A stretch of 63,450 nucleotides of DNA, counting the filler, from Rhabdomonas costata (taxonomy: Eukaryota), in the NCBI GenBank assembly GCA_019059605.1. It is 25 parts of 25 records of this genome, joined end to end, with 100 filler letters (N's around TTAATTAATTAA, not from the genome) between each part and the next. Parts side by side here need not be neighbours in the genome. Positions count along the whole stretch, not along the records: positions 1 to 2,444 come from JAHMHO010003385.1; positions 2,545 to 4,986 come from JAHMHO010003386.1; positions 5,087 to 7,529 come from JAHMHO010003387.1; positions 7,630 to 10,072 come from JAHMHO010003388.1; positions 10,173 to 12,615 come from JAHMHO010003389.1; positions 12,716 to 15,187 come from JAHMHO010003390.1; 19 more parts are not named here. One strand, given 5' to 3'. Below, piece after piece: positions 1 through 13,065 of this stretch. Positions within the stretch are counted from its first letter, which is position 1; each line of letters starts with the position of its first letter. The notes under the pieces are model-generated. The model saw nothing but the letters and a program-made list of their open reading frames with translations, was not told where the DNA came from and searched no databases. The translations under genes and the position numbers were made by a program.

Positions 1-52
1 TTTTTGTGTGTGTTCCGCTCATATTGCGGCGCACTCGCGATGCGCAGCATAC

Positions 53-1713
53 CTGCAGCACGGCCTGGGGGATGTACTTGCGAACCTCCGTTAGGTTCTT
101 GTAGATCCGAAGGCAGGATTGCTGCGTCGGAGTGGGGCTCTGTGTTGAGGTGCACGGGATGGGTTGCGGTGTGTCGTGCCATGTGAAAGAAGACGGTAAG
201 GTAAGATAGCACGTGGACGGGACAAGCTACCGCCACTCAGCCGAGAGAAAGAAAGAGAGCGAGAGAGATGGATATGCTGGGTATTCAAATCGACCAAGAG
301 AGAGAAGGACCGGGAGGGCACAATCCCCAGTATTCACAATCAGGCATTAACAATAGCAGCACAGAAGAGAAAAGAAGAGAAGGAGAGAGAGAAAAGTAGG
401 CCACGTGAATGGCCCAAGCGTGAGATCCGCAAGAGCGAACCACAACCACACAGGACCTGAATCTCAGCTAGAAACGACATCTTTTCCAGGTCAAAGGTGG
501 CAATGGCCTCCGAGAGCTCAGCGGCGACTTGTACGTCGTCCAGCTTGCGGTGGACATCCTGCAGCTTGGACTGCAACTTTCTGAGCACAAGCAACAGCAG
601 AAAGAAAACCAGGCTTTGAACTCATCACAACAAATGCCAGATGCAATACGTTGTGCGGAGGTCTGCTTCGCCTCGAAAGGCAAGAGTGTGTTACAAGTCT
701 TGGGTTCTGCTTCTGAAACGATCACACGGAATTGTTCTTGTTCCCGAGCAAACGCACACGCACACAAACAGGACAAATGAGAACTCATCAAAATTCGCTC
801 ACGCAAAGTCAGACGGCGATGTTATTTCACGCGCAGGATTGCAGAACTGTTGAGCAGGATTTGCCAGGTCCCCCGCGGACGATATGCTTCTGGGTTGGCT
901 ACGGGTCGTTACAAGGCAAGGAAAGGCCTGTTACAGCCACCAAGAACACCACAACGGGGCTTGTGATTTCATAAAGAAGAACGAAATTCACAGTATCGTA
1001 AAAGCGATGGGAAACTGAGGGCGAGGGACTGGTATCGACCTTTCAGGGGTGCAACAGATGAAATAACAACTCAGGCAGGAGACACCTTTGCCGGGTGTAC
1101 AGCAGGCGAAGAAGGACAGCAACCACCACGACCAAGATGAAGATCTGAATCACGGGCATAAACACAGCAACGAGAAGGAGCAACACATCCAGGTCAGATT
1201 TCACATTTCAGGACTCAATCACAACCTCCACATTAAAAGTGAGCCTCAAACTTTGCAAGTGGTCCAGTCACCAAATCCAATTTCACTTTGCACAGCTGTA
1301 AATCCCTATACCATACCCCGGAAGGGTGGAAAGGAAGTTTATACGAACACTCTGATCTACCCCAACGCAAACGCAAGTTATGCATACTATTGCGGAGAAT
1401 AAGGCAGGCACCACCTGTTCATGCCAACGTTCCCACGAACGCGCCCTTCCTTTCGCCATTCACAATCATGACATGCAAGCGATCCGCAAGCGTGCAACAA
1501 TAGAAAGAAATGCCAACAACTCACGCACCGCGATAGTCGTTCCCATCGCGGCGATCAGCCAAGACGAGGACTTCGGCACGCAGCCCGCGCCATCACTGGA
1601 AGGGCGGTGCGAGGGGTCGCAGCCCACGCACCACTGCGAGCCTGGGGAGGTAGAGACCGTCCCCTCGGGGCACCGCAGGCATTCCGTAGAGTTGACTGTC
1701 GGCCCAAAGGTCC
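53..1713 (-). CDS. Partial single-pass receptor: Cys-rich (GCC2/GCC3, ephrin-receptor-like) ectodomain + TM + juxtamembrane segment typical of euglenozoan receptor-type adenylate/guanylate cyclases
   Basis: GT-AG exons 1713-1529, 1144-1086, 580-457 and 139-53 join in phase: GTFGPTVNSTECLRCPEGTVSTSPGSQWCVGC...WLIAAMGTTIA|IFILVVVVAVLLRLLYTRQR|KLQSKLQDVHRKLDDVQVAAELSEAIATFDLEKMSFLAEIQ|SPTPTQQSCLRIYKNLTEVRKYIPQAVLQ. The cyclase domain would lie off-contig and is inferred. Confidence 0.75.
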
Positions 1714-2548
1714 CTGGAGGAAGGGAAAGAGAGATCGTGGGGGAAAGAGGCTGCAGCTGCAATAGTAGCGTTTTAAAGGTCAGCACCACCCTGCGAAGCC
1801 ACAGGTGCCGTGGGCGTAGGGTGGTGCCCGGGTCTCGTCTTCCAAGACAAAAGCAAATAACAAAATACGGTTCTGACGGGAAGTGCAAATGTCCATAGTC
1901 CAATGGTCATCTATGGGTTGTCCAAATCCCAGAGCGGTGAGAAGGCAAGGCACCCATCGTACCCTTTCCTTCTTAACACCACCCTGAAGAGTGTCCGAAT
2001 TGATATGGGAGTAGATTCAGATGCTCCCACAGCAAGCCACGGTCCAATCTTGCGACCCAGGATCACAGCTGGCTGCCTGCTGCATAGTAATCAGCACACC
2101 GACACAATGTCCATGATCACGCTTGTGTGGAACAATTGATGTGGAAAAAGTGGACATAAATTGGAGTTCTCGAACAATAGTCTGCTTCCTCTGCTGACCC
2201 CCAGGACATAACTGTTTTTGCATAGCAGCACTTTCACAAAAACTTGGCTCAAGTGCCGCTGTGAATGCTGAAACCTTGATGGAAGCATGTCCCATCGGGA
2301 CGTGCGCCTTGGCCAAAATAATGATCAGAGAAAAACTGGTGCACAGACAGAATTATTGCCCAGTTCAAGCCTCTCTTTGTTTGTGCTGTCGTAAACCCTC
2401 CGCTGCGTAGGGCAGAAGGAAGCAAAAGGGTTACAAAAAACCCCNNNNNNNNNNNNNNNNNNNNNNNNNNNNNNNNNNNNNNNNNNNNTTAATTAATTAA
2501 NNNNNNNNNNNNNNNNNNNNNNNNNNNNNNNNNNNNNNNNNNNNACAG

Positions 2549-4182
2549 CACAAGTTTGTCGCAGCCGATCTCCTTTCCCAGGCCGAGCATGGTCCTGACA
2601 GCCAAGTGGTGCTGGTGACCTTCAGCGAAGAGGTTCCCATCCGCCCCTCCCCTCCCTCGGCCCCGACCCTCCACCCTGGTTGCACATAATTGCATATGCC
2701 GCAGCAGTAAGACCAAGCCTCCTCCCCTTTTCGTCTCTACTACTTCTTGAAATACGATGGCTGCGTCTGCCGTTTTCTTTTTTTTTGCATTTAGACGGCC
2801 AAGGCAGTCAACGCGGAGGTCACTCGCCAAACACAGAGCCTTTCACGCTCCCAGATTTGCCTGGCATCTCTGAAGGTGTTGTGCGCTTGCGTGTGTATAT
2901 GTGCATTGCCTAAGTCAGCGCGTCAGGGTGCACGTCGTAAAATCTCTGCTGGGCCACGCACACCGCCTGCTGCGAGATGCTAGAACACGCTGACCATCAC
3001 CTAAAACATCCCCGTGGTCGGTTCCGCGAAAGGATGACAATCCATCACGCAAGTCAAAGTGTGTATACCGCCGCAGCCTTCGCACTGTGCATATAAGTTG
3101 TCATACTTCAGACACCTAAGGTTGATGTGTGTGCGTGCCTTTTTTGGAGACTGTTGCCTTGGAGCGTTGCGAACTACGTTTTGTGGGAAATGCAATTTGG
3201 TATTTGGTACGATACAATGCACCCGCACTACAGTCTTCCGCTGTTCAGTTTGGATGGAATAGTGGCATTGTGATCCGGAATTTCGCGTGAGTGTGGTTGT
3301 CTTTTTTGGGAATGCCATAGCACAGCAAGTGCATCGTGGTGCGGGACCGCACCGAAGCTCTGGCGGTGGCCAATCTGTACGCCCCGGAGCACCTCATCCT
3401 CAGTGTGGAGGACCCCGAGGCGATGGCCCAGGGCGTGGTGAACGCAGGCAGCGTATTCCTGGGGAACTACGCCCCGGAGTCCGTGGGGGACTACGCCTCA
3501 GGCACAATAGAACAGCACTCTGCGCAATGAAATTCACATGCACACGCGAAGACATGGTAGCAAGGGAAATATGCAAAAAGATGTTGTTCTCTGCTGTATT
3601 GAGATTTGAATCAGGGGACGTACATCCCCACCACACCAAATTTGACTGCGCAACAAAGGAGGGGAGCCTTCCTTGTTTGTACCGTCATGCTGCCAGCAGT
3701 GAACGTGTACGTGTACGCGACGGACCACCTTCCTATTCATTTCCGGCGGACCTCGACAGTTTGCAAAACAAAAAAGGGATTCACAAGAATAGAATCTTTG
3801 TTAGAAAATGATGTTTGCTGCTCTTCCCTGCAGGAGGGAAGGTTTGCATGCATTTGATTTGTATCTTCCATGGCTGGGAATCATTGCATCTTGCATCCCC
3901 CTCCTTCATAATGAACCCTTCTCGTGCCCAGGCACTAACCACACCTTGCCCACCAACGGGGCTGCTCGCGCGGTGTCCGGCGTTAGCCTGGACAGCTTCC
4001 AGAAGAAGATCACCTTCCAGAAGCTCAGCCCGGAGGGCCTGCGAGCCCTGGGCCCCGTCGTGGAGGCCATGGCAGAGGCCGAGCAACTGGCCGCCCACAA
4101 GAGCGCCGTGAGCTACCGCCTGGCCCACCTGGCAGCCGCTGGGAAGGAGCTCCGGAAGAGGCCCAGGGAGGAGGACAAGTAA
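2549..4182 (+). CDS. hisD: Histidinol dehydrogenase, C-terminal half
   Basis: Exons 2549-2632, 2795-2875, 3321-3501 and 3932-4182 (TAA). Motifs [48 protein letters not shown] and [11 protein letters not shown]. Intron 3502-3931 is GC-AG. Confidence 0.97.
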
Positions 4183-5482
4183 GGGGCAGGAGGGAAGGGA
4201 GTCAAGAGGTGAGGAAGGAAACCGCAATTCTGCTGCCGTTCCGTTCCTGTAAACACGTGTCGCCGTGGTGGTTTCTTGAACTACAGTTGAGCCCAGACTG
4301 TTTACATTGGTGCCACTCCTTTTCGTTCCGTGTTGGAAATCTGGAGAGAGAATATTCGCCTGCAACTGGGAAGCCTTCCAGCTGTTTGGGGTTGCCTTTC
4401 GTGGTTCTGTGCGATTTTGAAGCAGCCACCCCTCTGTGTTGTCGCCACCTTGCTGACAGGGATACCCTGGGCTCTAATTCGAATTTTCGTTTTTTAACGA
4501 ACAAAAGTCAGGGCAAAACTGCGAGTGTCAGTGGATAACCAGGCAGCGTTTATGTAGTTATGCTCTTATGTCTTCCTCAGCTTGTTCCTTCACCCCCCCC
4601 CCTCTTTTTCTGTTTTCAATGTTGTGTTTTTTCTATCCCGTTTGCTCGCGTTTGCATATGGTTTTTCTCTAACGGTTACATTTGTGGGATAGCGCGCCAG
4701 AATGGAGCTCGCGCAGCTCTCCAACATCTCCTCCCCGCATGCATCCTCCATGAGACAAATCAGGGTGTGTGCTCTACCGCCTTCCTCGACTGATGTTACC
4801 ACTTTCACCTTCTCGAAGCACAGAGCACACGATGTGCCTCGTATCATGACCGCACTAACGTTCACTTTCAGTTCTTAACGTCCTTCCGATCTACGGTTTA
4901 AGTCCTTCGACGAAAACATCCCCTCAATGCCCGCATGAGCTTGTGCCCCGTGAGCTTGCACCCCCCCACCCAAACACACCCACCACNNNNNNNNNNNNNN
5001 NNNNNNNNNNNNNNNNNNNNNNNNNNNNNNTTAATTAATTAANNNNNNNNNNNNNNNNNNNNNNNNNNNNNNNNNNNNNNNNNNNNGTGTTGGTGTGTTT
5101 GGGGGGTTGGTGAAAAGGGGCCAAACATGAAGCCTTCGGTTTGGAATGTCAAGTTATTTGGGGCGGAGGATTCCGGCCCACCTAGGTACGGTGGGACCGG
5201 CGTGGGAATTCAAACGAAAGGTAACTGCAGCCTTGCTGTGCTATTGGGTTCTTGCCTCCTGCTGGGACCGTGAAAACGCTGATGGTGGCCATGCTTGGTG
5301 TTTCTTTTGATTCTTTTTCAAGGCCCTTCCGGGCCCCAAATGAGCTAAAGCGAAGTGGAAACACGGGGGAAAGCCCCAAGACAAATGGGTTTTCTTTCGT
5401 ACTTCAGTGCACTGACGTCTGCGACGTCTTTTGGCACTTAAAAATGTCTGATGGCGAGTAGTTTCTGTTGCTGTGGTCTGAT

Positions 5483-6217
5483 TCAAGCTTTACCTAGGAT
5501 GTACCCGCAGTACTCAACCACAGGCTGCGCTCGTGCGCACTTCTCGGGTCCCTCAAAGAAGCTCTCTTCAAGCTTATCGTACAACTGCGTCAATGAAGCC
5601 AAATGCTCCTGCAGAGTCTTTGTGCAGACGAAAATGTCGTCAGTGTATTTCTTTACCTTTTGGAAAATGAATTTCATCGTCTTCTGGAAGTTAGATGTGG
5701 CATTGCACAGTCCAAACGGCGAATGTGCTGTAGTTTGTTTTGAAGGCTGTACACTTCACGTGGTCTTGGTGGGCACGTATCTGGTGGAAGCCAAGCTTGA
5801 AGAAGAAGCAGCTATATCCAACAGGTTCCCAGTGTGTCCTCGGCCGGAGTGTGGGCGTTTCTTGGAGTGGACTATTTTGTAGTTGCCGCTGCTTTCTTGC
5901 TACTTCAGAAATCAACCCATAGCTTTTTTGTACGCAGGAACTGCCAGTTTTGACGATGGTGTGAGTGTGCTTTGCTGTTGTCTTGAAAAGAAAGCCAACT
6001 TGATCAAGCATTTAGTATACGCGGTGAAGTGGTACTTATTCCCCAGGAACATATTGTTGATGGGTATGTAGGACACCACTAGCCGAAGCTTCCCGTTGGC
6101 TTTCGGAAAAAAATACATGATCCGTATGGGTACATGACTTCCTCTATGTACTGATGGTCCAGAAAGTCCTTCATCCAACGCTGTAATTCGGCACATTGTA
6201 TGGGCCAATCTGTACAT
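5483..6217 (-). pseudogene. Decayed Ty3/gypsy-type LTR retrotransposon reverse transcriptase
   Basis: Motifs in RT order across stops and frameshifts: FFPKANGKLRLVV..IN, PFGLCNATSNFQKTM, YTDDIFV, EHLASLTQLY, KC....VEYCGYIL. Confidence 0.88.
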
Positions 6218-7635
6218 GCGTTGATTCGAAACTTCTCTGTGAAGTCAATGCGGTGGTCTGTATGACAAGCTGTTGGTCACCCCAGCTTATCTGGAAAGAG
6301 ATCTTTGCACTCCTGGTTGAGTTTGAGCACTTCTGAGGAAATTGGAGCTGTCTGAACTAAAGGGCAACAGGTGGCTGGATTAATGTTTCTGATTAGTTCC
6401 TGAACGTATTTGCGTGCAGGCATCTTCTTCAGCTTCCACAAAAGTGTAGAGATAGGCTCCTCCATTGATCTGGTTGGATTACGGCTGGGGGTTTTGGTGT
6501 TGATGGGGATGCAGAGGCGGAGCACCCGCCTTGAGCTCCAGAAAGTTTAGCTGATAACTTGACTTTGGAAACACAAAATTGCTTGAAAGAGCTACCAGTG
6601 AAGATACACAATGAGATGCGTTTTACAATTCCGGAGCGTTCTAAATGGAAGATGACACATGTCGCACGTCCAACTGCCATGTGACCTCGGCTTCTTCTGT
6701 GGTTATCTGCTTTGAAACACCAGGAGCTTCCTTTGGGTCAGAAACCTAACCAACTCCAGATGATCCAAACACACCTGCACTTCGGACTCTCCACGGAAGT
6801 TGTGGAACAACGCGCACGATGTGTGTCGCAATGTACTCCAAAAGCAACCAGATCAACACAATTGACGTGGTCCCGAATTCCAGTGGTTGAACAGCAAGAT
6901 CACCTTTCCTAAGTAGTCTGGATCAACGGATTTTGGGGGGCAAAAAAGCCTTGAAAAGGGGGCATTTTGTCGAAACAGGCTTCGAAAGGGGTGAAAATGA
7001 GGGAATTTCGGCCGCTTGGGTAAAGTGGTGTTCGGTTGGTTGCGATAGCGGCAAACCGCGGGGAGGGGTCCCCCTTCCTCGAAATAGGTGTAATCCATAT
7101 TGCAATAAGCATGCACCCTCGTTTCGTTACGGAAAACCTTAGCACTGCGCGCGGCGCGCAGCGCCCTGACTTGTGGCCATTTTAGGTCAAATTTGGGGCT
7201 TTTGGGGGGCCTCCTGGGACCTTCGCAAGCGAGTAAGGAAGGTGACGGTGTGTAAAGCAATTTCAAGTGGAGGACTGTGCCATAGGGTCAAAGGAGCCCT
7301 CGGGCAAGGAGTGCCAGCAAGGTTCGGAATCCTTTGCCATTATTTTGAGGATCTTTTTTAAATTCAATTTTGTCATTTACTTGTTTAATTTTCCTTGTTC
7401 TCTCTCATGAAGCCTATTAAAGGAAAGGATGCAAACAATATTGTTCCTCTGTCAGTCCATACGAAAAGGGCAGTACCGAATCAAAGAAAGTGAAACAAGT
7501 AAATGACAAAATTGAATTTAAAAAAAACANNNNNNNNNNNNNNNNNNNNNNNNNNNNNNNNNNNNNNNNNNNNTTAATTAATTAANNNNNNNNNNNNNNN
7601 NNNNNNNNNNNNNNNNNNNNNNNNNNNNNGGGGGG

Positions 7636-9485
7636 TTGTTCAATAATCCTCTGGAGACATACCCTTACTTCAGCCTTCCGTTATGCCGTCCAAGTGCTGA
7701 GGAATGGTCGCAAAAATTCCCTTCCTTGGGGGAAGCTCTTCAAGGTGACGAACTTGTTCAGCATGCGAAGCTCAGAGTGCAGTTCAAACGTATGCCCTGT
7801 TTCTGCTGGGTTTTTTTGCACGACTTCAGCTCAGGGTATCTGGCAATTCCAGTGACTTCACAGCGTAATTCCCTCAAAAACTCCACTGGCAACTTTTTAT
7901 CTGTTTCTTCTTGTATTCTATCCCCAATATCCTTCGTTTTCTCTTTCTTTCTTGGTTGTTCAATATATCAACTGCTTGGTCCGTCCCCCTGGTGATGGCG
8001 TTCGTTGTCGTCTTTCAAACAGACAAATGAAAAATTGCCAATGACAGCCTCTCACCCTGTCTTGGCATGTAGTGTTTTGGGCAATCAAAAACTGGATATT
8101 AGGGGGGCCTGGCAAGAGTTTACCTAACCCCCTAACCCCCCAAACTGATAGTGAGATGAAAAAGACGATAGTGTTTTCTGTCTTTGGTCACGTCGTTTTG
8201 GAAGCACAGGGTTTGAACCTTGCTCCCGTTGGTCACGTTCTTCTGGGTACACCTGTGCGAGGTTGCATAATCTTAGAAACAGCAGACCCTCTCGCTGCGG
8301 CGGGTTCTGGGTGAACACGGCGCCATTGTTTAAATAGAGGTGCCTGTTTTTTGTTTTGCACAGGCGATGTTGAAAAGCAGACCATTTGCACCCAACGTCT
8401 CACTGCAGATGAGGCTCAGGTGGGGTTCACATGTTTTTAATGATTCAATGAGAAGCAGAAGTCCCCTCCCCCCTTTTTTTGCTAGAAAAAAGATGCTTTA
8501 AGTGGTTCAGGACTGCTCTTTTCCTTCCCAGGTGCTGCACGGAGCCGTGCTGCTCCAATACTGGTACCAATTTTACGTCGGTATGCCTTCTGCCGCGAGC
8601 TCCTTCTCTCAAAGCCGTTTTGCATGCAGTTTCCCTTTTCTGTATCTCATCCCTGCCCGAACTGCCCTGTGCGTTGTCTTCTTTCAGATGATCTTCCTAT
8701 GTGGGGTATCCCTCGCTGTGCGCGTTGCCTTCTTTTTATGGTGGAAGCCCTGCAGCAGACGTGACACAACAGTTCCCAAGAAAAAGAATCTTCTCTTGTT
8801 TTGCTTCTTTTGTTTCCGACCTCAAGTCCTTTGACAATTTTCGGTCTCCGTAATCGTTAGCCGTAGTTGGTCTATAAATTGTATAGTTAGCCCTTTGCAT
8901 GAATCCGGCGCCACTTTTGCGACCTTTGTCATCTCCCCGTTACTGTTTATGTCTTTGCATTAGCCACGATCGGCAAGGTGATTGACGTGAAACCAGAACC
9001 GGTTCCGCACATCTACCTGCACCAGCATCTCTCCATCGGTTACAACGCTGACCGGGTTTGCCTTTCGTGTTTTTTCCTCACTCAGTTTGGCGTTGGCTCC
9101 ACTTTGCAGAACCGAGCTCCTCCTCTGGACGCAGCTGTCGAAAAGGCCCCAAAATGCATTAAGATTGAGTGGCTCTTTACTCAAATTGCATTATAACATG
9201 GTGCCAAATGGCGCAAAAAGTGCTACAGGGTGCGAATGAACCTTCGGCAACTTTTTTCGGCATACCCACTCAGTGCCCAAGTTGCCTGGCTCCACCGATG
9301 GTTGTGATTTCCATTTTTTTTCCAAGATTGTGATGGTGAACCTGACCACCGTTAGCGAGGCCCCGGTACCTGCCACGGAAGGGGGCGAGCTCACCTTCAC
9401 ATACTCCGTGAAGTGGGTGCCCAGCCCACTGAAGTACGAGCAGAGGTTCCGGAGATACCTCGAGAACGAGTTCTTCGAGCACAAG
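7636..9485 (+). CDS. Transmembrane 9 superfamily (EMP70/TM9SF3-like) protein, luminal N-terminal part
   Basis: Exons <7636-7789, 8364-8419, 8532-8580, 8688-8705 (18 nt), 8964-9055 and 9327-9485, all GT-AG and in phase. Motifs NPLETYPYFSLPLC, LGEALQGDEL, YWYQFYVDDLPMW, FTYSVKW and RFRRYLENEFFEHK. Confidence 0.95.
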
Positions 9486-10411
9486 GTTACGGGGCAGAGG
9501 GCTTTGTGTTATTCATGTTTTCCATTAACACACATGGATGAGGTATTTGTCGGGTGGTCGCGGATTTTTTTTTCCGGCTCCGTCAATGACAAGGGTGAGT
9601 CTGGAAGCGGTGTGTGGATGTGTTTGTTGTGTTTGTTATGTGGAGTTGGCGGCATCACCGTGCAATCTACTACCCCACCCTTCCGCTGGCAGAGGGGCAT
9701 GCGCAGTAACTCCAATAGAGGTGTAACACCCTCCAAACCCCAGGCAAATTGCTGGGGGAGGGTACGTCCCCACTTAAACTTATGTGCTATCTCAGATGGA
9801 GCGCAATATATGAGACTTTTTCAGGAGGGCATAAGACTCCATATGTGGATTGTCTTCCGGGAGCGCTCCTGTGTTGCCTTTGCGCACACTTTCTTCCAAG
9901 CTGAGGATGTGGCTGCAAACCGGCCTTCCGAAAGTCGCATTCTTTTCTCGGGCATTGTCTTATACTTTTCGGACAAAGTTTTGTTCTTCTTCGAACGTTC
10001 GAGGTCCTATAAGGACTGCTAAGTTGACCGAGATCCCGCACGCTTGCTTGATAGTGATCTAAAACACCAACANNNNNNNNNNNNNNNNNNNNNNNNNNNN
10101 NNNNNNNNNNNNNNNNTTAATTAATTAANNNNNNNNNNNNNNNNNNNNNNNNNNNNNNNNNNNNNNNNNNNNGTGTTGGGTGTGTGTGGGTTTTGGTGTA
10201 CCCTTTTATCGAAGATGGAGACGTGTCCGATTTGGTGTTGTGCTTCAGGCCTGGGTTTTCGTAAAATTCTTCAAATTTTTCAGCGCTTCTTGCTTTGAAT
10301 TTTCTCCTTTTTATATTCTGTCAGGTTTGGTGGCCTTCGGTCCCCTTTGCCGTTCTTCGTTCCACCGTGGTATTGAGGAGGGTGAACTCCCCCACCCCCG
10401 CCCCCAGCGGA

Positions 10412-11798
10412 ATGTCCCGGGTTCCCGTGACCATCACGGTGAATTCTGCGTGTGGGTGGCTCACCCAGAACAGCCGCAAAGTGTACTGCAAGTTGGAGCT
10501 CTATGGAGGTCCCCCAAGGAGGACGGCTGAGGTGGACACCTTCAATAACACCGCCAAGTGGGACCAGGTGAGGATGAGGGGAACAATTCGGTCCTCGTTC
10601 CCTATCCATTCGCTGCATGCATCCGCCATCAATCCATGCATCCATTCATCCATCTGTCCATCCACCGACCCAGAGAAACCGTTTGCCGCCTTGTCGCTTA
10701 ACTGCTGGTTTCCCTGCTGGCGTTGGGGGGACTTTTTTTTTTGCATTGGTAACCATAGACCGCTGCACCTGAACGGCCCCGGGCTCACAATCTCCTTCCA
10801 CCTTTTATCCGCGGAAGAATCCGTGGAGAGTTAGCAGTCGGTCCATGTGCTCCATCCACTTTTCCGCACAATTAAGTTCCCCTCCCCCCCCCTTCCACTT
10901 TGTGAAGCGTTGCATTGAACTTTGAAATTTTTTGTTGGATTGAATTTTGAACTGCCTCTCATTGAACTTTATGGTTTTAGGGAGTTTGAAATGTTTTGGT
11001 CGACATTGAATTGAACTTGATATTTGACCTCTTCGCCCCGAAGGGGATCACATTGAGTTTGAATTGGGTGATATTGAATTGAATTGAATTGAACCTTTTT
11101 GGTCCCCAGTGAACTGTGAGGTTTGTGCAACTCTCGTGCGTGTCACAGTTTGGTGGGTGGGGGATCGCTTCAGACCGTTCTGCTTTAGTTCGAGTTCTCC
11201 GTAAGGCTTTGTTTAACTCACATCCTGAAACTCAGAATTTAGTATGTTACGAGTTTCCCATGGAAGTCTTGGGAACGCTAATTTAATTAAAAGTTAAATG
11301 CCGCTAGGCTGCTATGTGTGCATACGAATCGTTTTGAACGTTTTCCTGTTACTGATGTACCGTGCTATATTTCAGTTGGCAGTGAGGAGCCCTGGAAAAC
11401 ACTGCGAACGAAGTGCACTTAAGTGGAGAATGGAGAGATAAATGGAGGAGGGAAGAAAAGAAACTTGGCAGCGGAGAAGAACGCATATGGGTGGTGGATA
11501 AATTGCGGAGAAGCGTTCGAGCAGTTGTGCATGTGGACGAGCGGGAAGTGAGACACCGGCCCTATCAAGCCCCTTCTTGGAGTCCGCCCTCACAGTTCTG
11601 CTAAAATATGACGTCCCTGTGTGGCAGCTTCTACTGTTTGTGTTTATGTCCACTTTTTAGGTGTTGAACTTCTTTGTCGTGGACTTCACCAGAACTCACG
11701 GCAAGCTTACCCTTATGGATGCCACCCGCGAGAGCGAAGGCCAGGACACAGAAATTGCCGTTGGGACCTTTAACATCTTCACCGGGGAGGCTGTTGCG
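10412..11798 (+). CDS. C2-domain-containing protein, N-terminal part
   Basis: ATG at 10412. Exons 10412-10567 and 11661-11798 give VTITVNSA...KVYCKLEL...RRTAEV...AKWDQ|VLNFFV...LTLMD...DTEIAVGTF, which follows the C2 beta-sandwich pattern. Confidence 0.7.
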
Positions 11799-13065
11799 GT
11801 GCGAGCCGTGCTATTGTTTTTGTTCATTTTGTTGTTCGCCTCACCTCAAGAAATGTACAGCTGAAAAAGTGCACTCCAAATGGAATTGTTCGATTTAGAA
11901 GCCTAGAAAACCCCCGGAAGATAACATGACAAATATACACCTTAAAAAGGCACATGCCAGGATTGGATTACCTGAGGGGGGAGCGGATACATTTATTCCC
12001 ATTGAGGGTGATGAACCAGAAAGCTGTTCTCTCGACTCTTTGGCAAGCCGATGACTATGTTTATTCCCGAGCAAGGTGGAATTGTAAGTCCGAAAAGTTT
12101 GCTGCTTTCGAAGCGTGGTAACATGAGAAGTTAAGTGGATTCTCACACATCCCAGTCATTCGGAAACGTTTGCGGGATGACGGTCGCTTATGAGAGTGCC
12201 AACCTCCGTTTCTTCCGTTTACAGTGGCCTTGTGGTGAGGGTTGGCCCTGTATTTTACCCTGCGGCAGTTTCTTGGTGCGCGTTCTTTTTTTGCGTTGAC
12301 CAATTTTTCCTGGAGCGGAGGAGAGCACAACGCGAACACAGAGAAACAAGGAGACGGAGAAAGAGGGCGCGCGCGCGCGCGCGTCCCCCTGACGCCCTTT
12401 CACTGAAATTGATGAAGAGGAAGTTCTCAGTGATCAAACGACGAGTGGGCCGAACAGCTGTGCGCTTCCCCAGGGGAACCATTAGAAGTGGAAGCCGTGC
12501 TGCCCACCACACAGCCTCTGCGAGCCCAAGAGGGACCCACTCTCCCTTTAATTGAGCGTTTCCTCATCAAGGATCCGGCTTGAGCAGGATCCGACCTTCC
12601 GCTCCAACACCACCCNNNNNNNNNNNNNNNNNNNNNNNNNNNNNNNNNNNNNNNNNNNNTTAATTAATTAANNNNNNNNNNNNNNNNNNNNNNNNNNNNN
12701 NNNNNNNNNNNNNNNGTGGGGGGTTGCCAGATAGTCCAGAAGGAGGGTGGTGGTGGTGGTGGTAGCCTTCCTGCTAAGGCAAGAGCCAGCCATTCTTGCT
12801 TTCCAGCACAAAGGTTTACTGTGCGAAGGCGTGCTGATACGATGGGTGCTTCCCTTCTTCTCAGCTTTGTGCTTATGCAAAGTCTCGGTCAGCTCCTCAT
12901 CACAGCAAGTTTCTCCAGCATTGCATTGCTTTCCTTCTTCGATCTTGTTGCCCACAAGATATATGACATGATATCCTGTCCCGACCGCCCGCTTCACATT
13001 CGCAGGGTGGGAGTGTGCCACGGGGGGAAAGCCTGTTATTCTTTCTCTCATTCTTTCTTCTTCAG

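Noticed and set aside
2445..2544. Regularly spaced TTAATTAATTAA as a CRISPR-like or regulatory array; ORFs ending in X..LIN
   Set aside because: It is a synthetic all-frame-stop linker embedded in N runs.
7354..7525. 33-bp inverted repeat
   Set aside because: It is perfect and contig-terminal, so most likely a fold-back artefact. A MITE is not fully excluded.
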